Assembly (NCBI RefSeq): GCF_006345805.1
Contig: NC_042998.1
Location: 42,842,001-42,906,000 of the forward strand
Reading direction: 5' to 3'
Length of the DNA stretch: 64,000 nucleotides
DNA from: Octopus sinensis
Lineage: Eukaryota
The translations under genes and the position numbers were made by a program. Positions 12,840 to 25,899 of the stretch are shown here, piece by piece. The notes under the pieces are model-generated. The model saw nothing but the letters and a program-made list of their open reading frames with translations, made no database searches and had not been told where the DNA came from. Numbering within the stretch: the stretch's first letter is position 1; each line of letters starts with the position of its first letter.

Positions 12840-13950
12840 CATGCTCCCAGCACGGGTTCTCTTGGCTTGATGGGATCTCCTAATTAGAGCACATCGCCAA
12901 AAGTCTCAGTCGCTAGTCATTGCCTCTGTGATGCTCAAAGTTCAAAGGTCATGCTTCACCACCTCATCCCATGTCTTCCTAGATCTACCTCTACCATAGG
13001 TCCCCTCTACATTAAAGATCAGCACTTCTTTACACAGCTGTACTCATCCATATGCATCAAATGACCATATCAATGCAGTCGTCTCTCTTGCACACCACAT
13101 CTGATTCCTCTTATGCCTGACTTTTCTCTCAAGATGTTTACACTCTGTCAAACATGCACACTGACATTGCACATACAGCAAAGCATACTGGCTTTATTTC
13201 TCTCAAGCCACGCATGTCCTTGGTTGTCATAGCCTATGTTTCACTGCCATGCAGCATAGCTGTTCACCACTGGCATCAAACAATCTCCCTTTCACTCTGA
13301 GAGAAAGGCCCTTTGTTGCCAGCAGGAGTAAGAGCTCTCTGAATTTTGCCTAGCCTAATCTCATTCTCACAGCTATGCTCTTGGAACAACCACCTCCACT
13401 ACTAACCTGGTTGTCTAGATACTGGAAGCTATCTACTACCTTTAGCTTGTCCCCCCCCCTCCAGTTGATGGAGTCTATTTTCTGCACTTGTTCAGCATTT
13501 ATTATGCCTCTGCACATTCCACATATAAAAGTTAGTTTCTCTGTTAATCTTCCTTTTATGTTACTGCACCTTTTGTGACCAAAGCTTACACTGGGTGAAT
13601 CTTATGAAGTTTCTACCTACACCTTTTCTACAGATTGAGCAGGGCCATCTACCTGAGGGGATTTGTGATTTGTCTGCCTTCCTACTTACTATGACTTTGG
13701 TTTTTGCTAGGTTAACTCTAGGTTAACTTAGACTCCAGACCTTGTTTCCATACCTGGAACTTATTTTCTAGCTCAGGTAGTGATTCAGCTATAAGAGCAG
13801 TCATCAGCATAGAGGAGCTCCCAGGGGCAGCCTGTCTTGAATTCCTCTGTTATTGCCCGGAGGACTATGATGAACAAGAGGGGACTAAGCACCGATCCTT
13901 GGTGAACCCCTACTTGTACCCTGAATTCTTCACTGTACTCGTTACACACC
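12840..13950 (-). mobile_element. RTE-clade LINE fragment (RT to C-terminus)
   Basis: YSEEFRVQVGVHQGSVLSPLLFIIVLRAITEEFKTGCPWELLYADD (13800-13940), LLATKGLSLRVKGRLFDA, GRSRKTWDEVVKHDL. Confidence 0.9.
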
Positions 13951-14049
13951 CTTGAGCATGGAAAAGTGCACATTATATGATAATGACATTGATGATGAGG
14001 ATGAGGATGATGATGATCATAATCATCATCATCATCATCATGTTGACAG

Positions 14050-14330
14050 ATATCCTTTATTTTACATGAATCTTTTAATAGTATATCAGATCCTCCAGAT
14101 TGTATCTTTACTGGAGATGTACTTGCCTCTCTTTTATTGTTACACTTCATCCAGCCTGCCCACATTGAACTCCACTTCAGTAACAAAGTCAGCCATGTCA
14201 AAATCTTTGTTGACATATTTTGTAGCATATATGATTGTTTTAACAGAACCTCAATACTCTATGCTGATAAATGCCTTTAAAAGCTTGCACAACAATTTGT
14301 TGAGTGAAACTCATTTTGTGCATAAAACTT
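14050..14330 (-). mobile_element. Helitron Rep domain remnant
   Basis: Minus frame KLLCKLLKAFISIEY*GSVKTIIYATKYVNKDFDMADF...DEV*Q*KRGKYISSKDTIWRI matches the Helitron Rep motifs HINVEYC.SVKSIKY..KYVNKG.DMA.F and GRYISS.EA.WRI. Confidence 0.85.
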
Positions 14331-14391
14331 GTCTAGTTATTCTTTCCAACTGGGAAACTGGGCCCATGAGGCTTTAAAAAGGCATGTTTGT

Positions 14392-14700
14392 GGAGGCACA
14401 ATGGCCCAGTGGTTAGGGCAGCGGACTCGCGGTTGGAGGATCACAGTTTTGATTCCCAGACCAGGCGTTGTGTGTGTTTATTGAGCGAAAACACCTTAAA
14501 GCTCCATGAGGCTCTGGAAGGGGGTGGGGAGTGGCGACTCCTGTTGTACTCTTTCGCCACAACTTTCTCTCACTCTCACTTCCTATTTCTTGAATAACAC
14601 TGCGATGGACTGGCGTCCCATCCAGCTGGGGTGGGGGAACACATATGCCACAGAAACTGGGAAACCGGGCCCATGAACCTGGCTAGGCTTGAAAAGAGCA
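14392..14700 (+). mobile_element. SINE family D (tRNA-derived)
   Basis: A-box TGGCCCAGTGG, B-box-like GTTTTGATTCC, tail GAAACTGGGAAACCGGGCCCATGA; similar copy at 18948-19258. Confidence 0.85.
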
Positions 14701-14879
14701 AAAAGAAAAAAAAGTTATTGTTTCCCAGACATTCTTACTATATGTCTGTAGTATCAGAGATGTAATCTCTCAGTTTGGTGAAGTAGTGGCTCTGCCTGAA
14801 ATATCTCTTTGATCCCCAAGCTAAGTACTCTACGGACTAACATTACTCCAAAGACCCTTTGGAAGAACTCTATTTTGGC

Positions 14880-15220
14880 TGCTTGTATTCCCTATCATAG
14901 GAGCATTCTGTTGGTTGCGACGACGAAGGTCCCAGCTGATACAATCAACAGAACAGCTTGCTCATGAAATTAATGTGTAAGTGGCTGAGCACTCCACAAA
15001 CACGTGTACCCTTAACGTAGTTCTCGGGGAGATTCAGCATGACACAGTGTGTGACAAGGCTGACCCTTTCAAATACAGGTACTACTCATTTTTGCCAGCT
15101 GAGTGGACTGGAGCAACGTTAAATAAAGTGCCTTGCTCAAGGACACAACACGCCGCCGGGAATTGAACTCACGACCTTATGACCATGAGCCGAATGCCCC
15201 TAACCACTAAGCTATGCACC
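14880..15220 (-). mobile_element. tRNA-derived SINE (TGTTGTGTCCTTGAGCAAG type)
   Basis: Head GCTTAGTGGTTAGGGGCATTCGGCTCATGGTCATAAGGTCGTGAGTTCAATTCCCGG; related heads at ~40-170 and 51200-51330 (-) and 36626 (+). Confidence 0.8.
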
Positions 15221-15312
15221 TTCACATACTGTTTCAATTATTACACAAGATTCATGGCCATAAGTAAGGGAAGACACGAACACCAAACTGAAGATAATGA
15301 GTTTGGCTTTTA

Positions 15313-15528
15313 CGAGGGTGTTTGAAAAGTTCCTGGCTTTAAGGGTATTGCAAAAGGCCTGGTTGGGGGTGCCCAACCTTCTGAGTTCTTTTACAGAGCT
15401 TAGAATAACTGAAGGACCACTGCAATAACTGTGAATCTGAGAGGAGAATATGTTAAATAAAATCATAATTAACTGATCCACCTATATTTTCTTTTATCTA
15501 AAGCCAGGAACTTTTCAGCACTCCCTCA
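15313..15528. mobile_element. Mariner-derived MITE (~216 bp)
   Basis: ~29-bp TIRs (GAGGG..TGAAAAGTTCCTGGCTTT), flanked by TA at 15311-15312 and 15529-15530. Confidence 0.9.
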
Positions 15529-15539
15529 TATATCTACCT

Positions 15540-16101
15540 CCCTTCTAATGCCTGAATGCTGCTGCAATTCTTGCTCTTTACTCAGCCTTCTGCCTTTTGT
15601 CACTTGTGAAGACATCCCTGAGATACTTAAGCTTCACCACCTGCTTCAGTGTAGCCCCCATTCACATATAGAGTGTTTTGCACTGGTGTCCTTGAAAGGA
15701 CAAGGTTTTACAGGAAAACCTAACTGGCATGAGACTCAAGGAGTGAGTTGTAGGCTCTATGAGTTTCAGAAATTCTCTCCAAATGTCCACTTTTTGGTTA
15801 TAAAACAATGTGACATTAGCCATTATAACTGTCGTATTTTGAAAGAAGAATTTTTGAACACAAAAACAAGTCTAGAATTGAGAGGCCTCAAAGTTAACTT
15901 AGAAAAACAAGAGATTTAGTTTACAGAAAGGAAGATAGGACTCTACAGACTACCATCAGAGAGGTGGCCATAACTAATTTTCAACAAAGTTCCACACAGT
16001 GGGACTGAACCAAAACCCACATGGCTGGAAAGCAAACTTCATAGCTACACAGTCATGCCTGAAACTATATGTGTGTACATGTGTGTGTGTGTGTGTGTGT
16101 G

Positions 16102-16150
<49 letters not shown>

Positions 16151-16760
16151 GACTGGAACTTTGTACAGTGTACCAAAAGCTAACTATGACTGCTGAAGAG
16201 ATGCAGTAGGATCATGTTGACAGATGTGCAGGGGTAAATTAGCAATAGGTGCATTCATGAAATGAATTCTTTTAAATGCTTGTAAGGCTCCCTAGAGATA
16301 GTTGATAGTTTCTGTTACCCAGGTAATCTAATTAATATGGATCATATTTTGGAATTATTGCAGCCAGAATAAGAACAGGGAGGGAAAAGTTCACAGCGTT
16401 GTTACTCCTACTGACAGCAAGTAAGTACACTTTTCAAGTGAAGGGAAAATTGTATGATGTTTATATTTGAAGTGCAATATTGTATAGGAGTGAAACAGAC
16501 AAGGAATGTGTAGGATGTGCAATGGATGGAAAGAAATGAAGCAAACATGCTACACTGAGTGTGTAATGTTTGTGTACATGAGCATATGGATGAGCTAAAA
16601 GAAAAGCTGGATGGCAGAGAAATGAAATGTAGCATGAAAGACAGAAGACTGTGCTGATACAAACATATAAAGCATATGCAGGATATCAGATGAGTAAAGA
16701 TATGACAAGCAAGAGTATACAGCAAATCACCCAGTACATTCTGTATAATGGCTGGCCTTA
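15540..16760. mobile_element. RTE-clade LINE remnants in mixed orientation, interrupted by a SINE piece and a microsatellite
   Basis: LELRGLKVNLEK (+); KGKLYDV...ILYRSET-like segment at ~16430-16500 (+); pre-RT piece on - at 15560-15720. Confidence 0.6.
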
Positions 16761-16929
16761 GGAAGGGCATCCGGCTATAGAAACCACGCCAAAGTGGATA
16801 TCAGACCTCTCTGCAGTCCTCTGGTTCACTGAGTCCTATCAAGCCATACAGTCCATGCCAGCATGGAAATCAGATGTTAAACAGTGATGATGACTATATA
16901 TACATATATATAAAAAAAAAAAAATTCGA

Positions 16930-17390
16930 GCATGGCTGATGCCAGTACTGCCAGATTGGTACCCATGCTAATGGCACATAAAATGCACCATTCAAGCATG
17001 GCTGATGCCAGTGGCATGTGAAAAGCACCATTCAGCATGGCTGATGCTAGTACCTCTTGACTGGCACCCATGCTGGTGGCATGTAAAAAGCACCATTTTG
17101 AGTGCGACTGATGGCAGTGCCACCTCACTGGCTCCTGTGCCGGTGGCACATAAAAAGCACCATTCAAGTGTGTCTGATGCCAGTGCTGCCTGACTGGGTC
17201 CCGTGCCGGTGGCACATAAAAGCACCCACTACACTCTCGGAGTGTTTGGCATTAGGAAGAGCATCCAGCTGTAGAAACCTTGCCAAATCAAATTGAAGCC
17301 TGGTGCAGCCTCTTGGTTTGCCAGTTCTCTGTCATACTGTCCAACCCATGCCAACATGGAGAGCAGACGTTAAATGACAATGATGATGCT
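16930..17390 (+). mobile_element. SINE family B with expanded internal ~55-63 bp repeats
   Basis: Repeated GGTGGCACATAAAAAGCACC units, then the conserved TTAGGAAG..CATCCAGCTGTAGAAAC body and a (GAT)n tail. Confidence 0.85.
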
Positions 17391-17419
17391 GATGATATAT
17401 ATATACATACATATATATA

Positions 17420-17567
17420 TCATCATCATCATCATCATCATCGTTTAACGTCCGTTTTCCATGCTAGCATGGGTTGGATGGTTCAACTGGGGTCTGGGAA
17501 GCCAGAAGGCTGCGCCAGGCTCCAGTCTGATCTGGATGCCCTTCCTAACACCAACCACTCCGAGAGT
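17420..17567 (-). mobile_element. SINE family B 3' part, inverted relative to the preceding copy
   Basis: (ATC)n CGTTTAACGTCCGTTTTCCATGCTAGCATGGG. Confidence 0.85.
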
Positions 17568-17574
17568 ATATACA

Positions 17575-17578
17575 TACA

Positions 17579-17627
<49 letters not shown>

Positions 17628-17770
17628 CATGCATACATACATGCATACATACATGCATACATACATACATACATACATACATACATACATACATACATAC
17701 ATACATACATACATACATACATACATACATACATACATACATGCATGCATGCATGCATACATACATACAC
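17575..17770. repeat. (TA)n + (TACA)n compound microsatellite
   Basis: Direct reading. Confidence 0.95.
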
Positions 17771-17904
17771 AAACATAAACGTATACACACATATGCTTCT
17801 ATTTATATACATACATGTATGCATGTGTGTATGTGTGCAATGTGTATATGTATGTGTTTGTGTGTATGTTCAATATGTACACATCTATATATTATGTAAA
17901 TAGA

Positions 17905-17935
<31 letters not shown>

Positions 17936-18033
17936 GGTTAGCATGAGTTATTAGGTCAATATTTTTATAATCAGTTGATCTCACTTATTAACTACAAGCC
18001 ATTTTGCCATCAAGCATCATTGCAAAACATTTC

Positions 18034-18115
18034 TTATCTTAGCTTGCATAATCCATAATCACCACATGTCCAAAACCAGTAGTTTTGAGAATAGCCGCTT
18101 TCATCTGTGCTAAAT
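18034..18115 (-). CDS. Candidate terminal coding exon (xFSTDESGYSQNYWFWTCGDYGLCKLR* or xLAQMKAAILKTTGFGHVVIMDYAS*)
   Basis: atttcaaaacag acceptor; two frames open to a stop in unique sequence; frame and product unresolved. Confidence 0.35.
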
Positions 18116-18947
18116 CTGTTTTGAAATTCGCATTAGATATTGAGTAGATTATATTTAATTTATTCTTCTAAAGTAGTTCACCTTTAGTTTGATTACGATT
18201 TGATTGCCAAGTAACAGCATATATCTCTGAAACTTTATCATATGCAAAGTAAAAAGTACACTGTTAACAAATGTAACAGTTTCTAAAAACGTCTATCACC
18301 AGCTAGAAATTTTTAATAGTACTCTTAGCATTGATTAAATATTTTTATTAATAGAACTTGTCTGTTATTTGCAGTGGTCCATGATATGTAGTGGTTATAT
18401 CACTTATAATGTGAATTTCATCAGTGCAAATAGAGAACTTGAATTTGTCATCATTCTACTGTTACTGCTATTATATTTTTTTAAGCATTATTACTACACT
18501 TTTTACTCCTACTTTATACCATGCACTCTTATGCTTAAAAGATATAAAGTGCATACATACATTCATGTGTGTGTGTGTGCGTGTGATTTTGAGTACCTAA
18601 ACTGAGATCCTTTCCTGTCCCCATTGCATGGTGTTAGGAAGGGCATCCAGCTGTAGAAACACTGCCAGATCAGACTGGAGCCTGGTGCAGCCTCCTGACT
18701 TCCCAGACCCCGGTTGAACTGTCCAACCCATGCTAGCATGGAAAACGGACGTTAAACGATGATGATGATGATGATAATGATGATGATGATTGCATGTTTA
18801 AAATATATGGTCACTCTGTGAGTATGATAAGATATCCATCGCTGCTTTGCCATGCGACCCTCTAAATTTTTGTTTGCTGTTTTTGCTCTCAATTACCAGC
18901 TGATTTCTTAAATATGAAGTAATTGATATAAATACATTTAATGTTGT

Positions 18948-19258
18948 GGAGGCACATGACCTAGTGGTTAGAGCAGCAGACTTGCAGTTGAGGAATTGCA
19001 GGTTCAAATCTCAGACCAGGCGATGTATGTGTTTATGAGCGAAACACCTAAGCTCCACACGGCTCCAGCAGAAGGTAACGGTGAACTTCTGTTGGCTCTT
19101 TTGCCACAACTTTCTCTCACTCTTTCCCCCTGCATCTAGCAGCTCACCTGCGATGGACTGGCATCCCATCCAGGTGGGGAACCTATACACCAATGAAACC
19201 GGGAAACCAGCCCTTATGAGCCAGGCATGGCTTGAGAAGGAACAAACAACAACATTTA
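18948..19258 (+). mobile_element. SINE family D
   Basis: tRNA-like head TGACCTAGTGG / GGTTCAAATC; same body and tail as 14392. Confidence 0.85.
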
Positions 19259-20790
19259 ATGTTCCATAACCCATCATGTATGATTGTGCTACTTCACCAC
19301 CAGATTACTTTACTCCATGTAATGTGCTAAGAGCAAGTCAGCCGGATAAAATTAATATCTTTCCTGACTACTGACTATAGCTAAAAATTACAGGCACAAG
19401 GTTTAAAAGAAAAAAAAATGCATTTTCTTATCTAAAATCAAACTTCTGTTGAAAACTTGGTTCATTGAGGACTTACTATAGTCCTTCTAGTAATTGCATA
19501 TGGCAACTATTGTAACCACATTTTTTTCTATATCAGTACTTCTCTTACCTGTTAACATTAAAATATGCTCAAAAATAGCCTTCTACTTTTCCTTTCTTGA
19601 TTCACTGCTATGGTAAAATATATTTTGCCAATTACATAACATATCATATGAGATCAAAATCAATAAGAGCATCAATTTCCTCTACTTCTTTAAATTAAAG
19701 CTACAGTAGTATTACTGGCATCTATGTAGCCATAACAAGATCTATTTGCAATCAATCACCTGTTATTTTAAGAATATCAATAAAATAAGGCTCACTCTTT
19801 AATTTTTAGCTTTTTCCTGTGTATTTTGTGCATTTTATATTCAAAGCACTTGATATGTTGAGACAATCTATTGTGTTTATTTTCTGGAGAAAAGAAAAAT
19901 GAATGGTAGTCGGAAAGCATTATACGGTATTTATTTCTCTGTCTTTAATGATACAAAAAATTGATTTTACATGTAAGGTGTTAATAAAATATAGTAAATC
20001 AATTGACTAACATTTAAACTAATCTAGGTAAATCACTTTACTAGTGTGACATCAACTTAATGACATTTTCATTTTCAAAGCATGATATATTCCCTCGTGT
20101 GTAAGTACACATTTATTTGTACTCCTGACTATAATCCAACATTAAGAAAGCTTGATGAAAACAGATGCTCACTAACAACTAACACAGGTAGCTAGAGAGG
20201 CATGATCAATTCTTCTTGTTAACATAAATGGCTCTTTCATGTAAATCCTCGGCATAATTAATCTCACAAATTTTTAGTCACGTTTTAATTTGTCACATGA
20301 TAATTTCTTATAGTACTTAAGAAAATTCAGACCTGAGAGGAGAATCTAGATATATCTATAGTTACAGTAACCCCAAAGACTGTGACGTACAAATTGCTGT
20401 CAAGATTAAAGTACTTAAATACTTATTTCCTGAGTTGCATAAATATTTATGAATAATTCATATTTTCTCTCAGTGATAAAATATTACTGCTCTCTGCTCT
20501 CCTTTCTCCCTATCTCTCTCTAAACACATCTACAAACATATCTTTGAATACAAATATATGTACATGAGAGCATATTTGTGTCTCCATGCATTTACGTCTT
20601 TAATCAGTAAATTTTTATTTTAATTTTTAACGTCTATTGTCCCAAATTGCAGTTAGATCAACAATATAGTAAATTTCCAATAACATTAAATTCTGAGATG
20701 TCATATCTGTTAAGCTTAAGAATTTCAAATTTTACCTCACTTGTTTCTGTGATATCATGTTAAGCTTAACATTTTCAGATTTTACCTCAC

Positions 20791-20882
20791 CATTTCTTCT
20801 TGGAAGCAATCAATCAAGAAAACACGGAAACTATGTTTCCATTGATTTTCAAATTGTTGAAACTGTCTGTCAGTTGCAACTC
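20791..20882 (-). CDS. Candidate internal exon (xVATDRQFQQFENQWKHSFRVFLIDCFQEEM), phase 1 to 0
   Basis: cttttctgtcag acceptor, ATG|gtgagg donor, 92 nt with a single open frame in unique sequence; product not recognised. Confidence 0.5.
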
Positions 20883-20929
20883 CTGACAGAAAAGTCACCA
20901 TTTATTTTTTTTTAAAAATTTTCAATAGC

Positions 20930-21390
20930 GGGGTGCAAAGAGCACCATACGAGTGTGATTGTTACTAGCGTCGCCTTACTGGCACTTGAGCCCCTTGCTA
21001 GTAGGGTACTAAGAGCACCATCCAAGCGTGATCGTTGCCAGAGCGGTTAACTGGCTTCCGTGCCGGTGGCACGTGAAAGGCACCATTCGAGCGTAATCGT
21101 TACCAGCATCACCTTACTGGCACCTGTGCTAGTGGAATGTGTAAAAAGATTTGAGTGAGGTTGTTGCCAGTACCGCCTGACTGGCCCCTGTGCCGGTGGC
21201 ACGTAAAAATACCCACTACACTCTTAGAGTGGTTGGCATTAGGAAGGGCATCCAGCTGTAGAAACTCTGCCAGATCAAGATTGGAGCCTGGTGCAGCCAT
21301 CTTGTTTGCCAGCCCTCAATCAAATCATCCAACCCATGCTAGCATGGAAAGCGAATGTTAAATGATGATGATGATGATGATGATGATGAG
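20930..21390 (+). mobile_element. SINE family B, long variant
   Basis: Internal GAGCACCAT..GAGCGTGATCGTT repeats, conserved body and (GAT)n tail. Confidence 0.85.
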
Positions 21391-22244
21391 ATCAGTATTT
21401 GAACTCAGAATGCATAGAAACGGAACACATACTGCAAGGTATTTTGTTTGATACTCTCACAATTTTGCTAATCATTCACCATAGACTGATGAATTGATAC
21501 TCCTTTTATAGATCATGTAAGTACGAAAAGCAATGTTGACCTTGGTGAGATTTGAACTGACATTGCGGAGAGTTAAAGCAAATACCATGAGGCATTCTAT
21601 CTAAAACATTAATAACTACCAATTTACAACCTATGTCTTCTTTAATCTGCTTTGCCATAATTACCTACCATTGTTAAATCTTTGTACTTTTCCATATCTG
21701 TGCAGTTGCCTCTCTTACACACATTGACTGGTATTCTTAATATTCAGTCACTCAGTTGAATCCATACATTCAAATGGGTGTAAATACTCCTCAAGTTGTT
21801 ACTGTTTTTGTTTAGTTTCAAGCTAGATGAAATAGAGCAATCCTATGATCAATGGTGTTCCAGTTTTGATCATCCCATCTTTTATTTTCAGATATTGTGT
21901 ACTTAAGACTACATTAACATATGCTTTTTTTTTTTTTTTGTAGACCGTAATTAGGCTATGATTTGAAGGGAGTTGCTCAAGCAACTACATATCTAGAAAA
22001 CTTATGAAATATTCAAATGATTGAATCTGAAAGATACAAATTTTTTTATGTGTAAGCATTTTGTTTCCTAGACTAGCACTCAGATGATTCTGTCTTTGAA
22101 TAAGATGCAAGCATGGCTGTGTGGTTGAGGAGTTAATTTCAGGTTCAGTCCCACTGTATGGCAAGTGTCTTCTACTATAGCTCCAGGCTAATCAAAACTT
22201 TGTGAGTGGATTTGCTGCACAGAACTGAAAGAAGCCTGTTGTGA

Positions 22245-22342
<98 letters not shown>

Positions 22343-22352
22343 TATATATATG
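22245..22352. repeat. (TA)n microsatellite between two family A SINE copies
   Basis: Direct reading. Confidence 0.95.
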
Positions 22353-22354
22353 TA

Positions 22355-22670
22355 GGCATAGGAGTGGCTGTGTGGTAAGTAGCTTGCTTATGAACCACAT
22401 GGTTCTGGGTTCAGTCCCACTGCATCGCAACTTGGGTAAGTGTCTTCTACTATAGCCTCAGGCCAACCAAAGCCTTGTGAATGGATTTGGTAGACAGAAA
22501 CTGAAAGAAGCCTGTCGTATATATGTATATATATATGTGTGTGTGTATATGTTTGTGTGTCTGTGTTTGTCCCCCCAACATCGCTTGACAACTGATGCTG
22601 GGGTGTTTACATCCCTGTAACTTAGCGGTTCGTCAAAAGATACCAATAGAATAAGTACTAGGCTTACAAA
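22355..22670 (+). mobile_element. SINE family A, 3'-truncated
   Basis: Same head and core as 10414-10819. Confidence 0.9.
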
Positions 22671-24396
22671 GATATTCATATTTGCTTGGTATCAAACTCT
22701 TATAATACTTCATGATATTTGTTTTCTACTTCAGAATAGTAAATTGAATGTTTTTATTGAACCAAATAAATGTTTTACTGCTGTTGGTCAATTAAACATT
22801 CACGAGCCATTGTGAATTTATTGAATATTTATTCTCTACAACTTTCAGTCAAGAAAAGTCTATCCAGTTGAACTGAAATTTCACCTGTTATCTCTAGTTG
22901 AGGAGGAGGTCTTTGCAAAACTACAGTTATTTATTTTTTCATTTCTGAGTATAAAAATAAATGCACACTTTCCTTCTGCTTTATAATATATGTATCACTT
23001 GAGTGATTCACTATCTGTCTGTATTGATCTTGTAGTTCTGTTTCCTTGTATCTGTTAAAGATATAACCTGCCAGTGTGTCTCTCATGTTATGGGTTCCTG
23101 TAAGTTAGTGGTTCAACAAAAGAGACTGATAGAATAAGTACTAGGCTAAAAAAAAAAAATTAGTACTGGGTTTGATTAGTTTGACTAAAATTATTCAAAG
23201 TGGTGATCTAACACTGCTGCTGTCTAATGATTGAAACAATTAAAAGACAAAAGATAAAAAAGATATATATATATATATAGCCTTTTGCTAATCTTTTCGC
23301 ACATCTATTTCAGTACTATAAGAGCTGTTACCAGTACTGGTATTTAGAAAGTTGTGCAGAATATGAACTTGTTAATAAAATAAATTAGTCAGTGCTAGGG
23401 GTTGGAATAATGGCAAAAAATTTAAGTTGGAGGAAAAAGTTCAGAAAATTGTTAATTTTATTGATAGTCTGATGTCCTCTTCTCACACTGGTTTCAGAGA
23501 CATGTGTTGTAGTGTGAGGGGTATAACAAAAATACCTTTTGAAATGAAATGCAGAATAGGAATAAATTAAATGTAACCAATTCAATATGTTTCTTCCAAT
23601 GTCTGCCAAAGAACTCTTTTTTTTTTATTTGTGTGTGTGCGTGTCTCTCTCTCTGTTAAATCATCACAAAGTTGAGTATAGTTTTACTACAGATCTACAT
23701 TCATAACTTAATTACTCTAATTAAGCTTGCTAATGGCTTAATATTTGAAATGACTTGTTATAGTTATGCAAATATTTAGCTGAATCAGGAGACAAATATA
23801 AACTATTCAATTTCTTGTGGCTGATTATTTAAGAACTGATATAATTGTTAGTCTGGCTCTTCTTTTTCAATAGTTGTCAGTTAAGGTGAACCTAGTGAGT
23901 ATTTATTTAGTACTGATATATGCTAGACAAGGCCTTTCATTCTTCCTAAACATAAAAATTTTGCACCAATTTTTCCTGACATTCATGAGAAAAATAACAA
24001 ATCTATTTAAATCAAATCACTTCAGCTCTCTCCCATTAACTGATTGGAAATACATGACTCATAAAATTAAGACACTTCTTAATTCAGAGATCATAGAAGA
24101 ATCTTGTTCACCTTGGTGATTTCAAGGCATTGTGAGGCATGTATAGTTATTGATTATTCAACTACTATGAGTATATTCTTGATATTTATCCATCACCCGA
24201 TATTAAAACTATCCTTAAACCAGACTATTGAAGATGTTTTCTTCACAATAATCAATCATATTGGCATTTCACCAAATACTATTTTGTTTAATAACATAAG
24301 GTCTTTTAAGTTTGACTGACATTGTTTCCATACTTCAAAGAATCTAGATAGTATTATATAACAACACACACTTGCAAAAATATTTGATAATGTGGT

Positions 24397-24431
<35 letters not shown>

Positions 24432-24849
24432 ATGTATGTATGTATGTATGTATGTATGTATGTATGTATGTATGTATGTATGTGTGTATGTGTGTGTATC
24501 TTTGTGTGTGTGTGAATATATGTGATTAAGTGTATGCATGTATGTATGTTATTATTTAGTTTTATTTCCTAGATTTTTCACCAATGGTGAAGAAGCTGGT
24601 TTTTAACCTAGATCTAAGGCCCCTTCATTAGAATTTCAACAATATCAGCAGGGTAGTTGTGCATGAATGTGTTTATATGTGCAAGTATTTGGCTTCAGTG
24701 CATGCGCAGATCTTTATGTGCTTCACGTATGTGTGCTCATAGTCGCGTGTCTAGACATATGCATATTTACTTATATGCAAAACTTTGGCAAGTTTTATAT
24801 ACTTTGACAGTTCTGTTGATGGCTTATATTTTTGTATCTTCTAACTAGC

Positions 24850-25400
24850 TTTCTCATAATCTTCTAATTAGACATTCCACCAGTGCTTTATCATATTATG
24901 ACTGGTTATGGTCTCTACTGCACTATAGGTTCTCATATCTTTGTCAGGATTTTTCCTTCTGATGGATTTTATCATAGAGTGTTTTGGCCACATCATGTCT
25001 TGTTAGTAATTAATATCATGATGACATTTTTGGACAACAGCTTATGCTGTGGGTGATATTTTTGTTGTTTACTCCCCAAAGTCCGCATCAGTTATCACAA
25101 TTTGGTGTTTTTCCTGTGTCTCTGTCTCTTTTGTACATCAGGAATATGGAAAATATTTCCTGTTCCTGTATTATAAATGCATGCCCTTCAGAGTGAAAGT
25201 TAGTCATCTGGTTTGTTATCCAAGTTAGTCTGCATTGATTTATCAATATTGCTGTCATCCTAGAGATTTCTGCTAGCATATCCACACTTGCATGCACGCA
25301 TGTATATTTGTTTAAATGTTCATTTGTTGAGTCATTCTTTCTTTCTCTTCTATTTTTAACTATTTGAAATATTTCTATAAGGAAGGTACTGGTTTCTAGC
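24850..25400 (-). mobile_element. R4/Dong-like non-LTR remnant (CCHC and pre-endonuclease region)
   Basis: NFHSEGHAFIIQEQEI, SCCPKMSS, HDVAKTLYD, HWWNV with disruptions. Confidence 0.75.
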
Positions 25401-25899
25401 AAATATACAACGCTCCATCAATAGAATGTTGACAACAAAAACATATACACATTTTGAGCTTGAGAAAAGTTTTGCATATTTTTACTGTTCTGCTCACAGA
25501 CTGTATTTGTAACATGCATGTTAGCTGGTTGATTCCTTTTTGCTGAAAATCCCAGCTAATCCAGATTGTCACTAATGTAGTTACTTATAAAACTAATCTA
25601 TGTATGTATGTATGTATGTATGTATGTGTGTACGTACAAAATGGCTGATGGTTAGTAAGGAGAGACACAAATAAGAAAGAAGAAAACAAAGGACTACTGA
25701 TGCGGTCACAGGAGTGTGATGAAAGAACTCTGGCCGAAAGAAGATTAAGCTTAATGTAAAAAATAAATAACACTGAAGCAAAGTAATACCAAATATATAG
25801 TGCGTGTGTTTTTATTGGCTAAACTGGCAAAATGACCATTCCGAAATATAACAATATCTGTTTCAACACACGACTTCACATAAAAAATCTTGCACAACA

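Noticed and set aside
12251-12887. ORFs with 14-aa repeats as a repetitive protein; the 42-bp array as CRISPR
   Set aside because: The ORFs are a by-product of a unit length divisible by 3, and there are no unique spacers or cas genes in this eukaryotic context.
14392-14470. tRNA gene
   Set aside because: It is the tRNA-like head of a SINE: there is no acceptor-stem 3' half and it continues into a repeated SINE body. The same holds for 18948, 36626 and the family A/C heads.
20779-20915. Plus-strand frame GNYVSIDFQIVETVCQ resembling a cystatin strand
   Set aside because: There is no QxVxG motif or donor site, and the minus-strand exon explains the region better.
22885-22944. Minus-strand exon candidate LQRPPPQLEIT
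   Set aside because: The strong acceptor gives an in-frame stop, and the alternative acceptor lacks a pyrimidine tract.
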